A stretch of 64,000 bases of DNA, from contig CAVRGP010000015.1 of assembly GCA_963720755.1 (NCBI GenBank), forward strand, positions 192,001 through 256,000. The letters are read 5' to 3'. The stretch's first letter is position 1. Each line of letters begins with the position of its first letter. The notes under the pieces were generated by a model, which worked only from the letters and a program-made list of their open reading frames with translations, did not search any database and was not told the origin of the DNA. Position numbers and translations under genes: made by a program. This stretch comes from an uncultured Chloroflexia bacterium. GTDB taxonomy: Bacteria; Chloroflexota; Limnocylindria; Limnocylindrales; CSP1-4. This document shows, piece after piece, positions 56,782-64,000 of the stretch.

Positions 56782-57516
56782 ATGCACGGCACCGATCACC
56801 TGGCGCAGGGCAGGATCGCGAGGGTCACTGGAGGGCTCTATCTCGGATTCATCCTGACGTCGGTCCTCGCCGACCTGCTCGGGCACATCGGCCTCGGTAG
56901 CGCGGAGCAGGTCCAGCAGGCGATCGCCACGAATGAACCGTCATTCCGCCTCGGTCTGGTGGTTGCCCTGATCTCGGCATTCCTCTTTGTCATGGCCGCC
57001 TGGGGCCTCTTCGTCCTTCTGCGACCGGTCAACCGGGACCTGGCCCTGCTCTTCCTCGTGCTCAACGCCATCGGCGTGGCGATCCAGTGCGCGAGCATGC
57101 TCCCGCTGGCCGCCGCGATGCTGATGGCGGACGGCACCAACCACCTGCAGGGCTACTCAGCGGGTCAGCTGGAGGGATTGGCGTTCCTGTCCATCAGTGT
57201 CTACAAGACCGGTTTCGTGATGGCGCAGCTGTTCTTCGGGGCATGGCTCTTCCCGCTCGGCTATCTCGTCTACAAGTCCGAGTTCCTTCCACGCGTCCTC
57301 GGGGCGCTTCTCCTCCTTGACGGGGTCGCCGTGATCGTCTGGTTCGTCCAGGCCCTGATCCTGCCGGACTATCCCGCGATCCATGTGCCGGGCCTCGTCG
57401 TGAGCGTCCTCGCGGAGGTCGGGCTGGCGCTGTGGCTCCTCGTCAAGGGCGTCACCATCGTCGACACCGGGAGCGGTGGGGCGACGGCCGATGCCATCGG
57501 CGCGAGTCGTATCTGA
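56782..57516 (+). CDS. DUF4386 family membrane protein
   Basis: ARVTGGLYL, LLRPVNR.LAL, FFGAWL.PLGYLVYKS.FLPR.LG, E..LALWLLVKG; GAGGAGG RBS. Confidence 0.82.
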   Translation: MHGTDHLAQGRIARVTGGLYLGFILTSVLADLLGHIGLGSAEQVQQAIATNEPSFRLGLVVALISAFLFVMAAWGLFVLLRPVNRDLALLFLVLNAIGVAIQCASMLPLAAAMLMADGTNHLQGYSAGQLEGLAFLSISVYKTGFVMAQLFFGAWLFPLGYLVYKSEFLPRVLGALLLLDGVAVIVWFVQALILPDYPAIHVPGLVVSVLAEVGLALWLLVKGVTIVDTGSGGATADAIGASRI

Positions 57517-57571
57517 GGTCCCGTCGCCCGGCCACCAACCTGGATCCCGGGGCGGCACCTGGCCTTCGGGG

Positions 57572-58225
57572 TCAGCCTCGGAGATAGGCCAGCACGGCCA
57601 GGACCCGACGGTGATCGTCGGGAGCCGGCAGCAGTTCGAGCTTCGAGAAGATGTTGGCGATATGCGCTTCGACCGTCTTCGGGGCGAGGAACAGCTGGTC
57701 GCAGATCGCCTGGTTCGAGCGGCCCTCGGCGATCAGCGACAGCACTTCGCGTTCTCGCTCCGTCAAGTCGTCGATCGGGGACTTCTCGCGTCGGCGCCCC
57801 ACGAGCTGGGCGACGACCGCCGGATCGATGACCGACCCGCCCTTGGCGACCCGGCGCACGGCGTCCGACAGTTCGTCAAGGTCGTCGACACGGTCCTTGA
57901 GCAGGTAGCCCATGCCACCCTCGCCATCGGCGACCAGGCGCAGGGCGAAGGTCGTCTCGACGTACTGCGAGAGGACGAGGATCCCGACCGACCTCCCGTG
58001 CTCGGCGCGGATGGCTTCCGCGGCGCGCAGACCCTCGTCGGTATGAGTGGGTGGCATCCGAATGTCGGTGATGACGACATCCGGCTCGTGCTCACGGACC
58101 GCTTTGATCAGGTCCGTTGCATCGCCGGCCTGGGCGACGACCTCGAACCCGGCCTCCGCCAGCAGGCGCGCGATCCCTTCGCGCAACAGCAGGGAGTCGT
58201 CGGCCAGGACGATGCGGAGCGTCAC
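57572..58225 (-). CDS. NarL/LuxR family DNA-binding response regulator
   Basis: LADD, DIRMPP, GYLLK, LTEREREVL.LIAEGRSN. Confidence 0.95.
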   Translation of the reverse strand: MTLRIVLADDSLLLREGIARLLAEAGFEVVAQAGDATDLIKAVREHEPDVVITDIRMPPTHTDEGLRAAEAIRAEHGRSVGILVLSQYVETTFALRLVADGEGGMGYLLKDRVDDLDELSDAVRRVAKGGSVIDPAVVAQLVGRRREKSPIDDLTEREREVLSLIAEGRSNQAICDQLFLAPKTVEAHIANIFSKLELLPAPDDHRRVLAVLAYLRG

Positions 58226-58578
58226 AAGGCGGCGACCATACCGAGGATCGCCGCCCCGGACAATTCATCCTTCGGGACGAAACCGACAACCGGGCTGCCG
58301 CTGAGTCGGGGGCCGTACTCGCTGGCCGAACGACTCGAGGTCAGGACGACCAGCGGCTTCGGATCGCCGGCTGCGAGTCGCAGGGCGACCTCGAACCCGT
58401 CGATGTCGGGAAGCCCGATATCGAGCAGGACAAGGTCCGGCCGCAGGGAGCGGAACGCCGTCAGGCCCGAGGCGCCGTCCACCGCCTCGCCGACGACATC
58501 GAGGCCGTCGGCTTCTAGTATTGCCCGCGCCTGACGGCGGAAGCCGGGATTGTCATCGATGATCAGGATCGTCTTCAC
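58222..58578 (-). CDS. Single-domain response regulator (receiver only)
   Basis: LIIDD, LLDIGLPD.DG, LTSS, GFVPK. Confidence 0.9.
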   Translation of the reverse strand: MKTILIIDDNPGFRRQARAILEADGLDVVGEAVDGASGLTAFRSLRPDLVLLDIGLPDIDGFEVALRLAAGDPKPLVVLTSSRSASEYGPRLSGSPVVGFVPKDELSGAAILGMVAAL

Positions 58579-58613
58579 CGCGACATCGTCGCAGGTCCGG
58601 TCGTGGTCGACCA

Positions 58614-58657
58614 CAGGGATAACCCGGATGGACCGTGCGATCTCAGGGTCAACCCTG
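58614..58657. promoter_or_regulatory. Two CAGGG-N4-CCCTG-type palindromes in the divergent RR/HK promoter region
   Basis: cagggataacccgg (58614-58627) and cagggtcaaccctg (58644-58657). Confidence 0.55.
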
Positions 58658-58693
58658 CTGTCCCGGCAGGAGGTCGTGTGGCACAGTCACGCG

Positions 58694-60367
58694 ATGCACG
58701 GTCGAACCCTGCGCGTCGTCATCGCGGTCGTCGGCACACTGGTCTCGGTCGGAGCCGAGGTGCTCGCCATCAACGCCGGCGAGCCAGCGCGGGTGGCGTT
58801 GCTCCACCTCGCGATCGGTCTGACCTACCTGTACGGCGGCCTGGCGATCTGGGACCACGCCCCGGCCAACAAGACCGGGATGAAGATGACGGCGGTCGGT
58901 CTGACCTGGTGGTTGCAGGCGATCGCGATGACCGGCCTCCCTGTTTGGGCAGACATTGGGAACGCGCTGTACGACATCCCGACGGTGTACATCTTCGCCC
59001 TGGTCCTGGCCTATCCAAGCGGGCAACTCAGGCCTGGTGCCGACCGTGTGGCGATCGCCATCCTGCTGATCGGCACGACGGCGTTGAACATGGTCCAGTT
59101 CGTCCCTGCGCCCCTCGTCGTCAACGAAGGGATCAATGGTCTCTTCGTCGGGATCGCGCTGGTCACGTTGACCATCGTCATGATCCTGCGCCGCTGGGTC
59201 ACGGCGCCTTCGCGATCGCGCCGAGAGCTCTTGCCCGTCCTCGTCGCCGGGACGGTCTTCATCGTCAGTCTGGCCATCAACCTGGGTCGCCGGATCTTCG
59301 ACGTCTCGGACACCCTGGGCGACGTGCTCGTGGCGATCAACGACCTGGCACCAGCGGCCATCCCGATCGCGCTGCTGATCGGCTTCTTTCGCCAAAGCGA
59401 ATACCGGATGCAGGCCCTGATCGACGCCATCCCGGACCGGATCATCCGGATCAGCCGGGACGGCACCCCGACCAACGTCCGAGGGGTCGGGGCTGGCCCC
59501 GGCGCGTCGCCGACGGCCGTGTCGGTGGCTAGGACCTTCGACCGCATGCGGGGGTGGGTCGGCGTCGAGGCGCAATCGGCGACCCAGCGGGCGCTCGACC
59601 AGGGCGGCGTCCAGACGTTCGACTTCTCGATCGACACGGAGATCGGGCGTCGCGAGTTCGAAGCTCGGGTCACGGCCAGTGGACCGGATGAGGCCACCGC
59701 CATCATCCGGGACTTCACCGATCAGCGAGCCATCGATGCCGAACTCCGGAGGTCGCGGGCGCGCATCGTCGAGGTCGCCGATGCCGAACGACGACGGCTC
59801 GAGCGAGATCTGCACGACGGTGCCCAACAGCGCCTGGTCGCGCTGTCGCTGTCGCTGCGGCTGCTCCGCTCGAAGCTTCACGACACACCGGAGCTGGACC
59901 CGGCGGCAGCGGCCGCCGCGGACGATGCGGCCGAGGAGCTCAGGGTGGCGATCGCCGAGCTGCGCGAACTTGCCCGCGGCATCCATCCGGCGATCCTCAC
60001 CGAGGCTGGACTCGGGCCCGCCCTGACGAACCTGGCGGAACGGTCCGTGGTCCCCGCGGTGGTCACCGACCAACCCGATCGTCGGCTCCCGGCTCCGATC
60101 GAAGCGACGGCCTATTTCGTCGTGTCCGAGGCGCTCGCGAATGCGGCCAAGCACGCCGCGGCAACCAGGGTCGGGATCGGCGTACGGTGCACGGCGACCT
60201 CGTTGCGGGTCGAGGTCAGCGACGATGGCGTCGGTGGCGCCGACCGTGGCCGCGGCACCGGGATCGAGGGGCTGCACGATCGAGTTGCGGCACTCGGCGG
60301 GACGCTGACCGTGGACAGCCCGCCCGGCCAGGGCACCCTCGTGGCGGCGGACATCCCGATCGCCTGA
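58694..60367 (+). CDS. Membrane sensor histidine kinase (HisKA_3) with PAS-like segment
   Basis: About seven TMs, ALIDAIPD...IIRDFTD PAS-like segment, ERRRLERDLHDGAQQ, EALANAAKHA, DDGVG, GTGIEGL. Confidence 0.93.
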   Translation: MHGRTLRVVIAVVGTLVSVGAEVLAINAGEPARVALLHLAIGLTYLYGGLAIWDHAPANKTGMKMTAVGLTWWLQAIAMTGLPVWADIGNALYDIPTVYIFALVLAYPSGQLRPGADRVAIAILLIGTTALNMVQFVPAPLVVNEGINGLFVGIALVTLTIVMILRRWVTAPSRSRRELLPVLVAGTVFIVSLAINLGRRIFDVSDTLGDVLVAINDLAPAAIPIALLIGFFRQSEYRMQALIDAIPDRIIRISRDGTPTNVRGVGAGPGASPTAVSVARTFDRMRGWVGVEAQSATQRALDQGGVQTFDFSIDTEIGRREFEARVTASGPDEATAIIRDFTDQRAIDAELRRSRARIVEVADAERRRLERDLHDGAQQRLVALSLSLRLLRSKLHDTPELDPAAAAAADDAAEELRVAIAELRELARGIHPAILTEAGLGPALTNLAERSVVPAVVTDQPDRRLPAPIEATAYFVVSEALANAAKHAAATRVGIGVRCTATSLRVEVSDDGVGGADRGRGTGIEGLHDRVAALGGTLTVDSPPGQGTLVAADIPIA

Positions 60368-60385
60368 CCCTGCCCGGCGACCGGG

Positions 60386-60428
60386 CAGGGTAGACCCTGC
60401 CGGCGTTCGCGGGTGGTCCCCGATGCCG
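60386..60428 (+). promoter_or_regulatory. Bipartite operator, copy 2 (overlaps hairpin 60367-60391)
   Basis: cagggtagaccctg-N11-gggtggtccccgatgccg. Confidence 0.65.
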
Positions 60429-60493
60429 GTACGCGGCTCCGGCCAGAGGCTTGTGGCATGCCAAACCAACCCTCGGAGCAAGGAGTCCCACCG

Positions 60494-61444
60494 ATGACGA
60501 ACGCCATCTCGACGGTCGGCCTGACCAAGCACTATCGCGACGTCCCGGCCCTGACCGACCTCACCCTCGACGTGCCCGCTGGCACGATCTTCGGCTTCCT
60601 CGGCCCGAACGGGGCCGGCAAGACGACGGCACTGAAGGTGCTTGCCGGCCTGACCCGTGCAACGGCTGGCAGCGCCACCATCGCCGGAGTCCCGGTATCG
60701 GCCGCGGGCGACCACCGCCGACATCTCGGCTACCTGTCACAGGATCCGCGCTTCTACGGCTGGATGACCGGTCGCGAGACGCTGCGCCATGTCGCTCGCT
60801 ACCGCGCCCGCGACGATGGACGCGAAGCGCGCATCGACGCGCTTCTGAAGCGGGTCGGACTCGCGGATGCCGGGGACCGCCCGACTGCCGGCTATTCGGG
60901 CGGGATGCGCCAGCGACTGGGCATCGCCCAGGCCCTGGTGGGGAACCCCGCGGTCATCCTCCTCGACGAGCCCGTCTCGGCGCTCGATCCCATCGGCCGC
61001 AAGGACGTCCTGGACCTCATGCGTGAGCTCAAGGGCGAGACCACGGTCTTCTATTCGACCCACATCCTCGACGACGTCCAGCGGGTCAGCGACCACGTCG
61101 CGATCCTCGATCACGGCCGGCTCGTCAAGGCGGCACCGACCCAGGTCCTGCTGTCGTCATTCACCCAGAACGTCCTGCGGGTCGTCGTTGATGACGCCGG
61201 GCCCGAGACTGCGGCAGGGATCCGGGCGATCCCGGGCGTCGCCTCGGTCGCGCTCATCGCCGAGGTACCCGGACGGACCACCTACGACGTCGGTACCCGC
61301 GAGGGTGCCACCGTCGACGTCCAGCGCTCGATCACGAGGTTCGCGGTCGACGCCGGACTGACCCTCATCAGCAACCAGCCGGAAACGCTCGATCTTGAAA
61401 GCGTCTTCCTGCGCCTCATCGATCAGAAGGAGGTGGCGGCATGA
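60494..61444 (+). CDS. ABC transporter ATP-binding protein
   Basis: GPNGAGKTT, YSGGMRQR, LLDEP, STH; AAGGAG RBS. Confidence 0.95.
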   Translation: MTNAISTVGLTKHYRDVPALTDLTLDVPAGTIFGFLGPNGAGKTTALKVLAGLTRATAGSATIAGVPVSAAGDHRRHLGYLSQDPRFYGWMTGRETLRHVARYRARDDGREARIDALLKRVGLADAGDRPTAGYSGGMRQRLGIAQALVGNPAVILLDEPVSALDPIGRKDVLDLMRELKGETTVFYSTHILDDVQRVSDHVAILDHGRLVKAAPTQVLLSSFTQNVLRVVVDDAGPETAAGIRAIPGVASVALIAEVPGRTTYDVGTREGATVDVQRSITRFAVDAGLTLISNQPETLDLESVFLRLIDQKEVAA

Positions 61445-62244
61445 CCGCCCGTTTCATCACCATCGAGTCTCCATCCGTGAACGAGCCCGCCGGCGGGATG
61501 TTCCTCGGCTTCGGCAACACGTTGCGCAAGGAGCTCGCCGAGTGGCTGCACGGCCCCAAGATCCTCGTGATCGCGGGTCTGTCGATCGCCATCGCGATCT
61601 TCACGACGATGCTCACCCGGATCGAGCAGGCGACGGTCGAAGGCGGATACGCCCTCGACGTGTCGACCGATCCGACGGCCAACGTGCTGCTCGGCTGGAG
61701 CGGCCAGGTCGTCGCCCTGATGGCGATCATCGCGACGATGACCATCATCTCGGTCGAACGCGATCGAGGAACGCTCGCCTGGAGCCTGACCAATCCGGTC
61801 TCGCCGACGAGCATCCTCGCAGCGAAGTTCGCAGCCTCGATGATCGTCTTCAGCCTGGTCGCCGTGATCCTGCCGATGACAGTGGCGGTCGGCGTGGCGA
61901 CGGTCGCCTATGGATCCCTGCCGGACCTCGAGGTGGTCGGATCGTTCACCGTCCTGTTCCTCGCGGTGCCGGCCCTGTTCCTGTCCCTGACGATCGGTCT
62001 CGGGGCGGGTATCCGCTCCACGGCCGGGATCGCAGCGGTCGCGCTCGCGGTCCTGTTCGTGCCGCAGATGCTGGGCGGTATGGTGCCGTGGTTGGACGAG
62101 CTGTCGCCGACCGCCATCGGACGGTGGGCGCAGGCGGTCGTCGTGGGGGAACCGGCCCCGTTGACGATCCCTATCAGCTGGCTGGTCTCGATGCTGGTGA
62201 TCGTCGTCGGCGCGAAGCTGGTGTTCGATCGACAGGAGTTCTGA
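61441..62244 (+). CDS. ABC-2 transporter permease
   Basis: LRKE, ERDRGTL...LTNPVS...ILAAKF, six TMs. Confidence 0.88.
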   Translation: MTARFITIESPSVNEPAGGMFLGFGNTLRKELAEWLHGPKILVIAGLSIAIAIFTTMLTRIEQATVEGGYALDVSTDPTANVLLGWSGQVVALMAIIATMTIISVERDRGTLAWSLTNPVSPTSILAAKFAASMIVFSLVAVILPMTVAVGVATVAYGSLPDLEVVGSFTVLFLAVPALFLSLTIGLGAGIRSTAGIAAVALAVLFVPQMLGGMVPWLDELSPTAIGRWAQAVVVGEPAPLTIPISWLVSMLVIVVGAKLVFDRQEF

Positions 62245-62348
62245 TCGACCGGGGCCGGCGCGGTCGGCCTCGCCACTCAGTGACGGCCGGTGCATCGCCT
62301 GCACCGGCCGTCAGTCCGTGTCCGCAGCCCCTCGTACCACCGGCCGGG

Positions 62349-62391
62349 CAGGGCTAGCCCTGCTGAGAGTCTCGGGTGCGCCCCGATGGCA
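62349..62391 (+). promoter_or_regulatory. Bipartite operator, copy 3
   Basis: cagggctagccctg-N11-gggtgcgccccgatggca. Confidence 0.65.
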
Positions 62392-62464
62392 CGCGACGGT
62401 CCGGACCCGACCCTGTGGGCACGCAGCCGGTCGATGGGATCGGCCGACAGACGGGAGGGACATC

Positions 62465-63631
62465 ATGCGGATGCTCCGCGAACTCGGTCGACGCAGGCTC
62501 CGGACGAGCCTGACCATCGTCGGCATCGCCATCGGGATCTGGGCGCTCGTCGTGTTCAGTGCGATGGCCAACAAGATCAACGCGCTGGTCGACGGCGGGA
62601 GTGAGTACTACGCCAACAAGATCGCGGTCAGCGACGGTGGGCTGGCTGGCTTCGGTGGTGCTCCGATGCAGCTCAGCCTGCTCGACACGCTGTCCACTGT
62701 CGAGGGCGTCGATGTGGTCGTTCCGAGCGTCAGCATGCTGGCCGAGAACGTCGCCGGCGTGTCGTTCGGGACTCCTGAACAGATCGTGGCCACGCCGATC
62801 GGCGCCGACCAGGGTCGTGAGACGGTCAAGCTGCATCTGGCGTCCGGTCGCGACCTGGAGGCCACCGACGAGGGCCATGACGTCGCCGTGCTGGGCTCGA
62901 CCTTCGCCAGCAAGCACCACGTCGTGGTCGGTGACGAGGTCACGACCCACGGTCGCTCGTTGGAGGTCGTCGGGATCCTGGAACCGACGCTGACCAGTCC
63001 GGACACCACGGTCATCGTCCCGTTCACCACGGCCCAGGACCTGCTCCACGAGGACCTGCCCCCGGTGATCCGCGATCGGGTCGCTGCTGCGGACATCGCC
63101 AGCCAGTTCATCGTCTACCCGGCGCCGGGCTCGGACCATCGGGCCGTCGCCACCGCCATCGAGGCGGCGCTGCCCGACCTGTCGGCGATGACCGGTGCGG
63201 AGTACGACCAGGCTATCGGCAGCTCGGTCAGCATCTTCAACGCCGTGATCATCGGGATCGGCCTGATCGCCCTGCTCGTTGGTGGCATGTCGATCATCAA
63301 CACGATGGCGATGTCGATCGCCGAGCGGACCCGCGAGATCGGCGTCCGTCGGGCGATCGGCGCCAGCCGGCGACGGGTCGTCCGTGAACTGATCGCCGAA
63401 GCCGGCGTGATCGGCGCCATCGGCGGCCTGATCGGCATCGCGTTCGGCGTCATCGTCGTCCTCCTTGCCAACGAGGCAGGACGGGCCGCCGGCACGGTCC
63501 TGTTCGAGCTGACGCCGGGGACTGTCCTCTTCGCCTTCGCGTTTTCCACGATCCTCGGCGTGATCGCCGGGATCTTCCCCGCCTGGAGCGCGGCCCGGCT
63601 CGACCCGGTCACCGCCCTCCGCTACGAATAG
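62465..63631 (+). CDS. MacB/FtsX-like ABC transporter permease
   Basis: RTSLTIVGIAIG, INTMAMSIAERTREIGVRRAIGA, PAWSAARLDPVTALRYE. Confidence 0.93.
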   Translation: MRMLRELGRRRLRTSLTIVGIAIGIWALVVFSAMANKINALVDGGSEYYANKIAVSDGGLAGFGGAPMQLSLLDTLSTVEGVDVVVPSVSMLAENVAGVSFGTPEQIVATPIGADQGRETVKLHLASGRDLEATDEGHDVAVLGSTFASKHHVVVGDEVTTHGRSLEVVGILEPTLTSPDTTVIVPFTTAQDLLHEDLPPVIRDRVAAADIASQFIVYPAPGSDHRAVATAIEAALPDLSAMTGAEYDQAIGSSVSIFNAVIIGIGLIALLVGGMSIINTMAMSIAERTREIGVRRAIGASRRRVVRELIAEAGVIGAIGGLIGIAFGVIVVLLANEAGRAAGTVLFELTPGTVLFAFAFSTILGVIAGIFPAWSAARLDPVTALRYE

Positions 63632-63640
63632 GAGTCCGAG

Positions 63641-64000
63641 ATGACCATCCTGGAAGCCACCAACCTGCGCAAGTCGTACAAGCTGTCCCGGACCAATGTG
63701 ATCGAGGCCCTCCAGGGCGTCGACATCTCGATCGACGAAGGCGAGATGGTCGCGATCATGGGTCCGTCCGGTTGCGGGAAGTCGACCCTGATGCACGTCC
63801 TTGGCCTGCTCCACTCGCCCGACGAGGCGGACGGACCGGCCCCGGACCTCCGGTTCGGCGGACGGTCGATGATCGGCCTGTCGGATACGGAGCGGACCCG
63901 GATCCGGGCGACGGACATCGGCTTCGTCTTCCAGTCGTTCAACCTCGTCTCGACGCTGTCGGCGGCCGAAAACGTGGCCCTCGCGGCCGAATACGCCGGA
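63641..64000 (+). CDS. ABC transporter ATP-binding protein (LolD/MacB type), partial (runs off window end)
   Basis: ATG after AGGAG; ALQGVD, GPSGCGKST, IGFVFQSFNL; absent from the ORF track because it has no stop in the window. Confidence 0.93.
   Translation, partial: MTILEATNLRKSYKLSRTNVIEALQGVDISIDEGEMVAIMGPSGCGKSTLMHVLGLLHSPDEADGPAPDLRFGGRSMIGLSDTERTRIRATDIGFVFQSFNLVSTLSAAENVALAAEYAG

Overview
A 64-kb, high-GC (roughly 70% by eye), densely coding bacterial chromosome segment. The gene style (many ECF sigma/anti-sigma pairs, Pro/Thr-rich lipoproteins, apparently leaderless genes) suggests a Chloroflexota or Actinomycetota-like organism; this is inference only. Contents: ABC transporters at both ends; a split B12-dependent acyl-CoA mutase system whose large subunit carries isobutyryl-CoA-mutase-type residues (large subunit, B12 subunit, MeaB, 3-hydroxyacyl-CoA dehydrogenase, thiolase); folE; tRNA-Lys(CTT); carAB; copC; an M16 peptidase pair; an SRAP protein; a TPR-rhomboid; SulP; a form II cox-like molybdenum hydroxylase cluster interrupted by an ECF module; and a three-gene NarL-type two-component locus with flanking ABC exporters. 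No integrase, transposase, phage or CRISPR-Cas genes were seen. The most notable unannotated signals are: (1) a roughly 200-nt structured 6S-like RNA at about 3949-4155 (-); (2) a palindromic 60-bp/15-bp repeat array between carA and carB that forms an ORF coupled to both genes; (3) a twin-hairpin PyrR attenuator; (4) a conserved bipartite operator repeated upstream of three transcription units, with related palindromes at the two-component locus itself; (5) pervasive -10 boxes 6-7 nt before start codons, implying leaderless mRNAs; (6) several apparently catalytically degenerate enzymes and a stand-alone CarH-type B12 domain. No single clearly novel system is proven. Start codons were chosen by eye and may differ from the ORF track.
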